DNA of 64,000 nt, taken from the NCBI GenBank assembly GCA_951406725.2, contig OX597820.1, positions 70,680,001-70,744,000 of the forward strand, written 5' to 3'. This document shows, one piece after another, positions 39,844-52,350 of the stretch. Source of the DNA: Octopus vulgaris (taxonomy: Eukaryota). Under the pieces are notes generated by a model. That model was not told where the DNA came from and did no database searches. It saw only the letters and a program-made list of their open reading frames with translations. The first letter of the stretch is position 1, and each line of letters starts with the position of its first letter. The position numbers and the translations under genes were made by a program.

Positions 39844-40524
39844 TTTCAGTGGCTGAGTCAGAGAATGAAGGACTGCATCCATGGCATTTTTCGGGGCCTC
39901 CTAGAAATGTGGGAAGATGATTTCAATACAGTGAACCGTACCAAGGGCACCCAAAAGCTATTTGGTACTGTTTAAGCCCACAGCGTAAAACCAGGCATGG
40001 TTCCATCAAGAGGTTTCTGCACAATTTCCATCTACCAAGTTTCACTCACGAGTCTTAGGCTGACCCATCTTCTATGATGGAAGATACTTGTCTTAGGAAA
40101 TGTGCAATGGGATCGAACCAGAAAGCTATTGCGAAACAAACATTTTAATTACACAATTCCGATCGCTTATCTTATTAATGTATATTAACTCTACAGAAAG
40201 AGAAATGATAATTGGCTTCCTGTGTTGCAATTGCTTATGAAAGCGATTTGACCTGAGGTTGTGTATCAGACCTTAAATAATTGCTATCATGCTAATTATT
40301 GAAGCCATTTATACACAATGGAACTGTTATATTTCACTTTTACTTTACTGTTATTTTATAATAATATCATATCGTCTTTCCTCTTACGTCTACGAGCTGC
40401 TGCTAACTGATACTTTACTTCATTATATCTGTTGGAGTCAATTGATAACCTTGTATAAGCTGTGGTAGAAGTGATGTGTTCACTTTGCCTTCTTTCCCAA
40501 TATCTATCAATACATATAAATATA

Positions 40525-40757
40525 TACGAACGAGGAGGTGTTGAAAAGTTCCTGTCCTGGGTTTGGGTAATAGAATGTAGAGGTGGATCAGTTAATTATG
40601 ATTTTATTCAATATACTTTTCTCTCTCAGATTCACACGCTTATTGCAGCAGTCCTTCAGTTTTTGTAAGTCCTGTAAAAGAACTCAGAAGGTTGGGCCTC
40701 TAACCAGGTCTTCCGTGAGATTCTTAAAGCCAGGTACTTTTCAGCACCCTGTCGCAT
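40525..40757. mobile_element. mariner-derived MITE
   Basis: TIRs gaggaggtgttgaaaagttcctg / caggtacttttcagcaccct. Confidence 0.7.
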
Positions 40758-41029
40758 ATCTGTCTATTTATCCATCTCGAGTTCTATCCATCTTTATTTG
40801 ATTTAGTTTCGTTAGCTCAAAACACATGATATATTTAATTTCAGCAGCTTTACATTGTTTAACTCCCCACTTCTCGTTCTTACATTCTCTCATTCTATGA
40901 CTTTATTTATCATAATATATTCCCTATTACGAATCATAGTATAATTGTTACGAAGTGTTGTATAATAATTATACTGTATAAAAGAAATTCTAGGGCATTT
41001 AATAGTTATGATGTACAAACTTTTAATCG

Positions 41030-41245
41030 AGATGGCAGAAACGTTAGCACACCGGGCGAAATGTCTAGTGGTATTTCGTCTGCCGCTACGTTCTGAGTTC
41101 AAATTCCGCCGAGGCCGACTTTGCCTTTCATCCTTTCGGGGTCGATTAAATAAGTACCAGTTAATCCCTAGGGTCGATGCAATCGACTTAATCCCCTTGT
41201 CTGTCCCTCTGTGTTTAGCCCCCTGTGGGCAATAAAGAAATAAAA
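41030..41245 (+). mobile_element. SINE family B
   Basis: Near-consensus. Confidence 0.88.
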
Positions 41246-41564
41246 ATAAGTTAGTCTGGCAATGATCATGATCCTTCAAATCCTATCCAGTCTAGCTCCA
41301 TTGGTGTTTATAACCACAAAATCCACAAATCAGTGTCTCCAGAAATAATACTGAGTGTCGGAGAGGTAGTCATGATTCGGCACTGAATGCTTACAACAAA
41401 GTTACCTCCATTCAAGATATCCACAGACCAAGTGGCGCTGTTAAAGTGAAGTGTTAAACCAGATGACTTATTAAACCAACTAATATAATAGTTTTCGATG
41501 CATCAATGTCAAAGCAAGATCGTTCAGTATAAATCCATGCATACATAGACACATAGATAGATAT

Positions 41565-41599
<35 letters not shown>

Positions 41600-41618
41600 C
41601 ACACACACACACACACAT

Positions 41619-41668
<50 letters not shown>

Positions 41669-41670
<2 letters not shown>

Positions 41671-42130
41671 TCGTTGTAAGATCATAAATCAGAAGAGCAT
41701 ACCCTATAAAATATAGAACAGTTGTTTATTTCTGTATGTGTAAAGTAATAGTTTAGAAAAAAAAACATTGGTTTCATATCTAACGTGAACTAGACATATC
41801 TTCAGTTTTTCTAAACAATAATAGTTCTCTGCAAAGAATGCTTTTTTTTAACACAAGAACGACGGTGTTGGTTAAAAAAAATATTCCTCTTAAAAAATTA
41901 TGGCTGGCCGAGTTGTCTTACTTCTCTTGAAAGCTAGGTTTTCCAATTTTGAAGTAAAACATTCCGAAAGTGTGGACAACTCCCCACGGCTTCCGTCCTA
42001 GAGTTCAGGTAGCCTCCTGGCTCATGTGAGTTCATAAGGATTATATATTTTTCTGCCATACACAATTTACATAGTCTCTTGCTCCATTGCGACAGGGTCC
42101 ACATGTTTCTAATAATTTCCACCTGATGTT
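41669..42130 (-). mobile_element. Penelope-like 3' fragment: endonuclease C-terminus, hammerhead, AATAAA, then (TA)n
   Basis: ORF 41934-42122 CKLCMAEKYII...LNSRTEAVGSCPH matches the PLE GIY-YIG C-terminal pattern also seen near 28.9 kb. Confidence 0.8.
41751..41816 (-). ncRNA. Type I hammerhead ribozyme
   Basis: gtttagaaaaa-CTGAAGA-t atgtctag ttcacg ttagatat-GAAA-ccaatg-TT-..tttttctaaac; 11-bp stem I. Confidence 0.7.
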
Positions 42131-42149
42131 AAAGGGCGTATGAGTGTCC

Positions 42150-42650
42150 TTTAGGCGTCATGCATATGCTGCGACTGTCGTTGTGTTGCGTCTCTCCGAG
42201 ACCCTGAATGAAGATCTGTGGTTGTTCAGGCGAATTTTAAGTTTGGATTCACAAGATCCGACGCAAATTTTAGTGTGTGTCCCTGTGTTGGCATTGATGT
42301 TTCTGATATTTGTGCTGCTTCAGATATTTGTGACCTTAGAAGGTTTTACATTCTTTACACCTTTCACTGTACTACCGAGCGCAGCTCTGTGTTCCTTTGG
42401 TACGTGCTGTGGTTTGTTGTGGTGCTCTTATTTTCATTGTATTGAAAGTGTTTTACGTAAAATGTGTGCAATGCCTAGTAGTGCTATTTTCTGTATGTTA
42501 TATATACTTGTAAGTCCTGGTGTTTTTTTTATGTATTTGTTTGAATCGTTTTTATCATACCTAATACACCTACTATTATAGGAATTGTTTCTTCTTTTAT
42601 GTTCCTCATTCGAGTTACATCTATTTCCAGGTCTTTGTATTTTGTATTTT
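42150..42650 (-). mobile_element. R4/Dong-like LINE 3' fragment
   Basis: Minus translation KYKDLEIDVTRM...IPIIVGVLG...IQKIALLGIAHILRKTL, then 3' UTR. Confidence 0.8.
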
Positions 42651-42654
42651 AAGC

Positions 42655-42949
42655 AACACCCTTACTTTTCGAGCACCATCCGTAGTATTTGAGCGGTTCC
42701 AAGTAGTGCTGTTTTCTGCAAGTGCTCCACCCTTATTGCAGCCCCTATTTGTACCATGCAGTTCTCAAGATTTTTACTCACTCTTCTCAGTGCTCCGACA
42801 GTTGTTGTTACTACTACCACCTTTTTCAGCGACCACAACTGCTTAACCTCCCAAGCTAACCTGTCATATCTATCGACTTTTCTTTCTTCGTTATGGCATA
42901 CCTTGTTGTCAACTGGGCATACTATATCTATGATCCCGCATCGTTTGTT

Positions 42950-42950
<1 letters not shown>
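42655..42950 (-). mobile_element. R4/Dong-like LINE REL-endonuclease fragment adjoining (TAA)n
   Basis: IIDIVCPVDNKV..EERKVDRYDRLAWEVKQLW...VGAL...LQKTALLGTAQILRMVL. Confidence 0.85.
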
Positions 42951-43150
<200 letters not shown>

Positions 43151-43529
43151 TATTAATCTTAAAAGATTCTAGTATAGGACACGGATGGCTACACAAACTC
43201 GTCACTCAGCTGTATGATCAGAGCATGAAACTTACTGTAGCTCACATTTAAATCGTGTGTGTGCGCGCGCGCTTGTTTCATAGCTTTCTGTATTTCAGTT
43301 CAGTAAACATGTTTTCATAAAAAAAAAACTAAGTGTTGGTAATAGCGTCAAAGCAACATTCATTTCTAGCAGCGAATGTTTACGCCGAATACTCGGCTAT
43401 ACGAGATGCTCAAAACACTGTGTTAAAGAACCAGTATCGCCGAAGCCTTGAACTAAACGGTCGCCATCGATAATGACTATTACGTGCGTACACGCACGAG
43501 CACAAACGCCCACATACATAGATTCATAT

Positions 43530-43862
43530 ATAAATTTATATTATTAAGGATAAGATCGTTAGTTAAATATCGATCGTATCAAGTAGCCAGCATGGGAATA
43601 ATAACCTTCAAAAGTAAAAATTATTATTAAAATTATAAGTTAGAATATCTGAGAGATACCACCACGCTGGAAATAGCAGTCAAAACTTGACTCTAAAACC
43701 ACATTAAATGTTCATACAGCACCAGGAGAGAAGACGCCTTTTTGTCTTCTCTCCGGGTGCTGTATGAACATTTAATGTGGTTTTAGTGTCAAGTTTTGGC
43801 TGCTATTTCCAGCGTGGTGATATCTCTTAGATACCTTAAATTATAATTTTATTAATAATTAG
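43530..43862. mobile_element. Head-to-head inverted pLTR-like pair
   Basis: Arms ~43619-43735 and ~43744-43860 with an ~8-nt loop; the left arm has a ~90-bp extension. Confidence 0.8.
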
Positions 43863-43881
43863 ATTCATATGTATATATATA

Positions 43882-44262
43882 TAGGCGTGGGTGTGTGGTA
43901 AGCAAGCTGACACACTTGAACCTGGAACCACATGATTCCGGGTTCAGTCCCACTGCGTAGCACCTTGGGCAAGTGTCTTCTGCTATAGTAACAGGCCGAC
44001 CAAAGACTTGTGAGTGCATTTGGTAGACGGAAACTGAAAGAAGCCTGTTGTGTATGTGTGTATGTGTGTGTGTGTGCGTTTGTCCCTCCACTATCGCTTG
44101 ACAACCGATATTGGTGTGTTTACGTTCCTGTAACTTAGCAGTTCGGCAGAAAAAAAGACCGATAGAATAAGTACTAGGCTTACAAAGAATAAGTCCTGGG
44201 GTTGATGTCTTCGACTAAAAGGCGGTGCTCCAGCATCGCTGCAGTCAAATGAATGAAACAAA
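43882..44262 (+). mobile_element. SINE family A
   Basis: Matches the family consensus. Confidence 0.9.
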
Positions 44263-44279
44263 TATATTTATATATATAT

Positions 44280-44488
44280 ACTCTTTTACTCTTTTACTTG
44301 TATCAGTCATTTGACTGCGGCCATGCTAGAGCACCGCCTTTAGTCGAGCAGATAGACCCGGGACTTATTCTTTGTAAGCCCAGTACTTATTCTATCGGTC
44401 TCTTTTGCTGAACCGCTAAGTGACGGGGACGTAAACACACCAGCATCGGTTGTCAAGCAATGCTAGGGGAACAAACACAGACACACAA

Positions 44489-44519
<31 letters not shown>

Positions 44520-44683
44520 CGACAGGCTTCTTTCAGTTTCCGTCCATCAAATCCACTCACAAGGCTTTGGTCGGCCGGAGGCTATAGTAGAAGACACTTG
44601 CCCAAGGTGCCACGCAGTGTGGCTGAACCCAGAACCATGTGGTTGGTTAGCAAGCTACTTACCACACAGCCACTCCTGCGCCT
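44280..44683 (-). mobile_element. SINE family A
   Basis: Matches the consensus; tail-to-tail with the previous copy. Confidence 0.9.
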
Positions 44684-46011
44684 ATATATATATATATGCA
44701 TACTGAAATAAGTAAAAGAATTAAAGAATATATGTGTGTTTATGTGTGTCTGTGTATGTGTGTGTCTATACAAGAACTATAATTAAATTGCTAATAGCAC
44801 TCTTTACTCTATAATATTAGTGAATTACGTTGGTCAACATTAAACTTCATTGACGAAGTACATACTTCATTGTATTTGCTGAATAAATTATAAGGGAATC
44901 CATTAAGTAGACAAGCTGCATCGTAAAATCCTAGTTGGAAAAATTATCATGTACAAAATCCTAAAATTTTCGAGGAAAATCACTTACCGTAACTATTTGC
45001 ATTAAAAAACAATGATGTATTTCGTATTTAAATATTTAATGTAATGATATTTAAAAGCTAAATGAAGATAATTTGTACGGTGAGGAAATGACAGCTTTAA
45101 TTCAACGACTGATTAGGCCTCGATTCAATGTTGTCTTTAAATCACTGCATGATTTACTTTTAACTTTTTAATGTCCATTCATTCACTTCATTAATATGTT
45201 AGCATTAATTTAACTATGTTCATGGCATGTCTAAGTAATTTTCCTCAAGATTTTTATTGTTTTTTTAATAAGATGACTTTTTTCACATCTACCAATGTAC
45301 AATATTATACATCTACTTAAATTATTCTCTCATTACTACTTCAGAAATTACGGTGTGAATCTCTGACAGGATGGCGAAGTTTAATAAAACCAAAGCATAT
45401 TCGGAGTTGTCTCCTGTCTTTGTCGACATTATCAAAATATGATCAGTCATTGAGCTATGGTGTATTTTTCACGCGACGTGATTACTTTAAAGACCTTTTT
45501 GGTGCTTACTAGCCGATCAGATGTATTTCGATAATTCTAGATACAAACAGCCAGTTGACACGCCACAGCGAGTTATTTTGTCGATTCAATTCTAATAGCA
45601 GGATTTACAAACGAATGTTTTGCAAGATTTTGAGACGTAACAAGCTGTGACTAAGATGGCTGCAAGATGATGTTACAATGACAATAATTAGCTAGGAAAC
45701 ATTTATTTAATGAAAATCTAAACGAAAATTTTTCCAAGAAAACTATTCGTGTTATTGGTTAAATTATATGACTTTAAGTCAAGTGAAAATGTAAGTTTAA
45801 CTGTAAATAGTATTGTGGGTATCCTTATTACATTACATTGCTTTATAAATTACAACGTGGTGAAAAAGAGCGTCGAATTAAAAGTAGGAAATATGACATA
45901 GTATTTGAGAGGGAAATTAATTCAAATGCACAAACGGTGTTGGTGATGGTCATGATGGTGGTGCTGATGCAGCTGGTGATGGTAATTAAATCTGCATTAC
46001 TCTTTATCGTT

Positions 46012-46335
46012 GAAGGCGCGTAGCTTAGTGTTTAAGACATTCGGCTTACGGTCGTAAAGCCGTGAGTTCAATTCCAGGTGATGCGTTGTTTGCTTGAGCA
46101 AGACACTTTATTTCAGGTTGTTCCAATTCATTCCACTGACAAAAACGAGTAGTACCTGTATTTCAAAAGGCCAGCCTAGTCACATATTGTGTCACTCTGA
46201 ATCTCCCTGAGAACTACGTAAAGGGTACACGTGTTTGTGGAGTTCTCGGCCACTTGCACGTTAATTTTACGAGCAGGCTGTTCCGTTGATCGGTTCAACT
46301 GGAACCTTCGATGTCGTAACCGACGGAGGACCAGT
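46012..46335 (+). mobile_element. SINE family C (CORE-like cttgagcaagacacttta)
   Basis: tRNA-like head gaaggcgcgtagcttagtg...gagttcaattcc; body shared with 57290-57598. Confidence 0.8.
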
Positions 46336-46609
46336 TTATGCACTTTGTCGAAAAGGGCTGGGAGAACGGTCAGCACGTCGGACAAAATGTTCTGAGTTCG
46401 AATCCCACTGAGGTCAACTTTACCGTTCATCCCCTTTTGAGATCGATGAAATAATGTACAAGTCAAGTTCTGGGACCAATGTAATCAACTTGTCCCCTTC
46501 CCCTCAAAACTTGCTGACCTTGTAACCTGCAAGTGATCAGTGTGCCGTTCAGAGAGAATCTTTTAATTTCAGTCATTATACGCCATGAATATCAAATACC
46601 CAACATTCT

Positions 46610-46820
46610 TTTCTACTCTAGGCAGAAGGCCCGAAATGTTGGGGGAGTGGGACAGTCGATTAGATCAACCCCGGTATTCAGCTGGTACTTAATTTATCGA
46701 TCCTGAAAGGGTGAAAGGCAAAGTCGACCTCGGCGGAATTTGAACTCAGAACGCAGCAGCAGACGGAATACCGCTAAGCATTTCGCCTGGCGTGCTAACG
46801 TTTCTGCCAGCTCCCTCCTT
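46610..46820 (-). mobile_element. SINE family B
   Basis: Near-consensus. Confidence 0.85.
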
Positions 46821-47639
46821 CCGAGTACCCAACATTGATTCCTGGGGCTCAAGAAGACTCAAAGAAAAAAAACATCGAACATAGGATGTTCCGGCCATGA
46901 CAATACTGTCTTTTTTTATACCTAACTTGTGTTGTGTCCCGAAGCTATCCTTGATTTTTAACGGGTTGGGTCTGATCTGAGAGAGATTTAGCAATGTTAC
47001 TACTGCATAACAAACCTAAGCTATTTGATTCGAATGTAAAGAGAATTTTATATCCTTGTGTGTTTCATAGCTCTGGGCAGATATTACACCATTTCTTTAA
47101 AGATTTTCCTATTTTGGCAGACTTCTCTATCGAATTCTCTCATTTGCAAAAAGTTCTAAGACTTCCTGTTGAAATAAATTTCTTATTGAGTAACACAGTG
47201 GAATGAAACCATTATCAGAATCTGATCAATAATGTTTAAGATTTTGTCATTTAAGTGTTTGAGTTGAATAGAATGGAATAGATTTTAGTTTTCGTATATA
47301 TTTCATTGTTTTTTACTTCTGTCCGCCAAGTATTTTGTCTCCACCAACAAAGTTTAAATAGATAGGTTTTCATCATGACACACAGACAAGAGGAGTTTGA
47401 AATTATCTAATGTGCTTTCATACTAGGCGGTGAGCTGGCAGTATTGTTAGATCGTGAGAAAAACATTTTGTGAAATTTCTTCTGACTCTCTACGTTTGGA
47501 GTTCAAATTTTGCAGAGGTCGGCTTTGCTTTTCATCCTTTCGAGGTTTTGAGTTCAATTTGTTCAGAGATCGGTTTTGCTTTTCATCCTTTCGAGGTTGA
47601 TAAAAATGAGTACTAGCTAAGCTAAAAAAAACAAAGGTT

Positions 47640-47875
47640 CCTAGTCATATAGATTCATAGGACCGATTTTCCGGATTCTGTGGTGTATGTATTTCCCCTT
47701 TGGACGGGATGCCGGTCCTCCGCATGATTACTCATTTTTGCCAGCTGAATGGACTGGAGCAACGTGAAAGAGAAGTAATTTGTTCAAGAACACAATACAT
47801 CGCCCAGTCCAGGAATCGAAATCGCAATCTTACCATCATGAGTCCAGCATTCTAACCACTAAGCCATTCGCCTTT
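47640..47875 (-). mobile_element. SINE family C nested within a family B copy (47425-47960)
   Basis: Reverse-complement head ggaatcgaa...taaccactaagcca; family B sequence on both sides. Confidence 0.7.
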
Positions 47876-49381
47876 GCAGTCATTACCAGTTGAACCCTGG
47901 GGCCAATGTAATTGACTACTTCTTCCTCCAAAATTCCAGGCACTATACCTAAAGTAGAAATAATTATCCCTAAAATTCCCTCTTTTTAATCTTACTGGAT
48001 TGTTTACTATCTATCTTGGGGTACGATAGCGTAATCCAATGCGGATTACGCTTTACGGAAATATATAAGTTATTACAATAAGTAATGGGGTAACGTATAA
48101 AGGGCAGTTTGTCCATATAAACGGGACGACAGTCATGTCTGAGATCCTAGCAGCGTACCAAAATATTAATTCGACATTATCCACTTATATTTTTGACGGT
48201 TAGCCTTTCTCTCAGTCATTTACCGTCGCATGCGTGTTGTTGCTGAAAAACAATGCATGAAAACTAAATCACAAAGTATGCCAACTCCTTCCTAACTTTA
48301 CCACTATTGATGTTTAGAATAACATCTACGCAAACATACACACACAAACAAACAAACACGTACATTCACGAGTATACGAGGGTTCTACCGAAAGTAATGT
48401 AAAAGTCGACAGAACGTTTCTATTAACTGAGATGGCTCATTGAAATTTAATATATCACAAAATTAACTTTTCGTTTATAAAAATATACAACCCAACATTG
48501 TCCATATTACAACCCAAATCTATGAAAAGTCTCCAAACACAAGCCCGAATATGCTCAACAACAACACAGAAGCCGTCAGTAAAAAAATGCGGAAGACCCA
48601 ACTGTGGGATATGTGTCAATTTAATTGAAGGATGAGGGTTCTTCTTCAAACAGGGACAACGTTTCACAGTGAAAAACAACTTTACATGTACTTCGAAGAA
48701 CCTGATATACGCACTAACTTGCTCTGGGTGTCAAGAGCAGTACATAGGCCAAACAAAAAACACTCTACGTAAAAGAATGGTTCTGCACAGATCCCAGATC
48801 AAAATTCTCCAAAACAGAAAAATAGCGTTCAGCCAACACATCGACATTTGCGCCAATAACAAAAATCCAAGCTTCAGAATTTTCCTCCTCTGCCAATTCA
48901 GGGACTATACAACCTGTAGACAACGAATTAGTAAAGAGATTCTCTTTATTACAAAATACAGATCCCTTTTGAACGTGTCTACAACAACCGACATAGCCAC
49001 CACGCCCTTAGAATAACACAAACACACACGCAAATATTAAAAAATGATACACTCAAGAGATTCCCAAGAATTCATTAAAAAACAGTCCCAATCACCGCTA
49101 TAATCCATAATGATCCACTTTTAGGTCAATTGACCATTTAACACCCTACTACTCTCATACTACCTAGATTCCTTCTTATTCTCCCTTCTCTTTCTCCTTC
49201 TTCGTCTTCTTTCTCTCCGCCACCTCCTTCCTAACTATTGCTGTTTACAATAACACCTACGCAAGTTTTATAAACAAAACATTCAAAAGAGATGTCTCAA
49301 GAATTCAATCACTACTATCATCCACGAGTCACTTTCAGGGCACTTGACCATTTAAGATACTACTATCATGGCACTCCCGCA

Positions 49382-49450
49382 TTCTTCTTCTTCTTCTTCT
49401 TCTTCTTCTTCTTCTTCTTCTTCTTCTTCTTCTTCTTCTTCTTCTTCTTC
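49382..49450. repeat. (TTC)n microsatellite
   Basis: Seen directly. Confidence 0.97.
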
Positions 49451-49611
49451 CCTGCCTAGAATTCACTACGACCTCGAACCCACAAGAGTCAACAAGAGAG
49501 ACAAAGATAGGCAGAAACAAGGAAAATGCCCTTTGTATTTGAATATTATGCAAATATTCTTTTAAAAAAACTTTTCTTTAAATTTTTCCAAAATTTAATC
49601 GTTCTCCATAC

Positions 49612-49652
49612 TTACAGTTGAAAAGGTCTCAATGACTGAAACCGGTACTGAA
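49612..49652 (+). ncRNA. Minimal hammerhead, U3-A8 core variant
   Basis: cag-TTGAAAA-ggtc tcaat gact-GAAA-ccgg-TA-ctg. Confidence 0.6.
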
Positions 49653-49821
49653 ATGTTTTTTATAAAATTAGTTTAGCATTTTCTACCTTGACTTTTTTCC
49701 CATAAATATATATATATATTTAATCAAAATAAAAACATGATGCCAAGGATTAATATACTCTACCACCTACACCACCAAATGGTATATACAGGTGCTTACA
49801 ATTATCAAGTATTCACCCTGA

Positions 49822-49863
<42 letters not shown>

Positions 49864-50129
49864 CTGATTATTTTTAATCGGCTTAGAGTTACGTTTTCTT
49901 TTGGTTTACATGATTTTTCTTTCTGTATCTGTAGCCATAGCTCTATACTAGGTCTAATTCCAATATTAATAGACTATAACGTTTCGTAATAACTTAAAAA
50001 ACAGATCATGGTTTGAACCGACAGCTGTCTTCGTGTTGCTTGTGTGCGTGCTATTGCCCTTGGTGTGACTTTTGGGTATTTCTTCGTAATATTATGTTGT
50101 GACTTTCAAGTAATTTATGGAACAAATAT

Positions 50130-50330
50130 TAAACAAATGTCTCGGGGTATCTGAAGCTGTTTTCATCGAATCTGTCACGCACAACTTCCAACATTTTTAT
50201 TATGTCATTAGCCATTTTCTAAAGCAGCTATGAAATCTATTCAGTTGGGAGAACATCTTGCTACAAAACATCCCGAAGAGAAGGACCAGCGCATCGAGTA
50301 TTCTCAAAATATAAGGTTTAAAAATGATTT
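50130..50330 (+). mobile_element. hAT (Buster/Charlie) transposase N-terminal BED-finger remnant
   Basis: SKAAMKSIQLGEHLATKHPEEKDQRIEY resembles the Buster motif SNxAMKPSKLxRHLxTKHP. Confidence 0.55.
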
Positions 50331-50439
50331 TACGATAACTGCATCACTTTAAAATGTGAAAATGAATTTGGACATTATCCTCGTTTATCATGAGTTTGGT
50401 GCCAAAATTATATATAAGCAATTCAGTGATATATGAAGA

Positions 50440-51358
50440 ATTTCCACACACTTTATAAATGGAGCGTATAGTACTTTCATTTACACCGAGCTCGCGACTC
50501 ATAGTAGTTTCATTTACGCCGAGCTCGCGACTCATAGTAATTTTATTTACACCGAGCTCGCGACTCATAGTAATTTTATTTACACCGAGCTCGCGACTCA
50601 TAGTAATTTTATTTACACCGAGCTCGCGACTCATAGTAGTTTCATTTACACCGGGCTCGCGACTCATAGTTTCATTTACACCGGGCTCGCGACTCATAGT
50701 AGTTTCATTTACACCGAGCTCGCGACTCATAGTAGTTTCATTTACACCGAGCTCGCGACTCATAGTAGTTTCATTTACACCGGGCTCGCGACTCATAGTA
50801 GTTTCATTTACACCGAGCTCGCGACTCATAGTAGTTTCATTTACACCGAGCTCGCGACTCATAGTAGTTTCATTTACACCGAGCTCGCGACTCATAGTAG
50901 TTTCATTTACACCGAGCTCGCGACTCACAGCTGCCACGCTTCCATCATCACGTATTTTCTTAATATTCTCTACTTTCTCTAGTTGAGAAAATACTCGTCA
51001 GCATCACTTGTTAGGATCATCCTCTTTTTGTATATTTTCTAACTATTAGTTCTATGATGATTAGGTACGAGTGTATAAATCCGCTTGAAAAATACGCAAC
51101 CTAGGTATACGGTCAGGTAAATACAAACGATTGACAGAGCATTCTGCGCAGCTGAGCATTGAGGGTGGTTGTTGGAGTGACTTTGTTCGGAACAATCACA
51201 CTCTTCGACTAATCGCCGACCCGTGTTATCACTAATCAATCTGTGATATGCGTAACACGCTTCACATTTGAGCGCACCGTGTTATTCTGGATCCGTGATA
51301 AATGTATCCATGATAATGAATCCGTGATAAGTGAACGGTGATAAATGAGGCTACACGT
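50440..51358 (-). mobile_element. Tigger/pogo 5' remnant (TIR region plus HTH)
   Basis: Subterminal ttatcacgg repeats at ~51290-51350; translation ...DGSVAAVSRELGVNE...STIRSIYK is a CENP-B/psq-type HTH. Confidence 0.7.
50468..50926. repeat. 33-bp minisatellite, 14 units
   Basis: Unit actcatagtagtttcatttacaccgagctcgcg; one unit has a 3-nt deletion. Confidence 0.97.
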
Positions 51359-52306
51359 ACTTCTTATTTGGGAAGTATTACCATGAAGTTTAATGAATTT
51401 AATCTGCAACTTCAAAGAGCCAGTACCACATATATAAGTAGCAAAAATAGTATTTCATTGCTTTTAGATTTAGATTTTTCCATCTTATTATTCTGAAGAC
51501 TAATTCCAACAGACAGTAGAATGGTTAGCAAGTACAAATTATGTAACTCTAGAGGAGCTTAAAAACTTTATCAGTGACTTCTATAAGCGAATTCACTATA
51601 TCTTTAAACGCAAATTCTATCGAGGCTGATGCAACATACTAGGAAAAACGATTTAGAGTTGAAGCATAACGCAAAAGCCAAATCTGATTTCAACACTGGT
51701 GGATAGCCAGCTTTGTGTGGAAGTCAAAACAAACTGTTCCATATACACTTTTACCTTTCTTTATATCATATCTTGTAGAATCAGATTATAGAGCTATATA
51801 ACTCTTATTATCACTAAACGGTGAATTATCTGAAAATCGCTGACCTTTCACTGCTTTTTTTTTTTACGAAAATATTATGAGATATACAGCAGTTACGTTT
51901 TCCGTATCAGACACGAGGATCTCACTCAATTAAAACTAATTTCGATTTATCTTATTGATTTATGCAGGATATGTGAGGTAATTTTAAGTAATTTTGTTGT
52001 TTTATACATGGTTTCTGATTTTTTTTTTCCATTTGAACCATAAGTGGGCGGTACTAAAATGTTATTCTCACGTTGACTACCCAATTGGGTGCCGAGTATT
52101 AAAAGGTTGATGACCACGCGGTAAGTGTAATACGTGTGTGCGCGCACGTGTGTGTGTGTGAGTGTGTGTATGTGTATGTGTGTGTGTGCATGTGTATGTA
52201 TGTATGTGTGTGTGTGCGTCTGTGTGCGTGTGTATTTAAATATTTGCATTTATATATAAGAACATGCTCATATGTAAATATATGCATATATATACATACA
52301 TACATA

Positions 52307-52350
<44 letters not shown>

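Larger units (their letters stand above)
48455..49705 (+). mobile_element. Penelope-like (Neptune-type) 3' fragment: Cys-rich linker, GIY-YIG, pLTR
   Basis: KKCGRPNCGICVN..., then ORF 48669-49016 CTSKNLIYALTCSGCQEQYIGQT...LRKRMVLHRSQI...LLN; hammerhead-like motif at 49612; ends in a TA tract. Confidence 0.88.

Noticed and set aside
50468-50926. Regular 33-bp array as a CRISPR array
   Set aside because: Head-to-tail units without unique spacers, no cas genes, eukaryotic context
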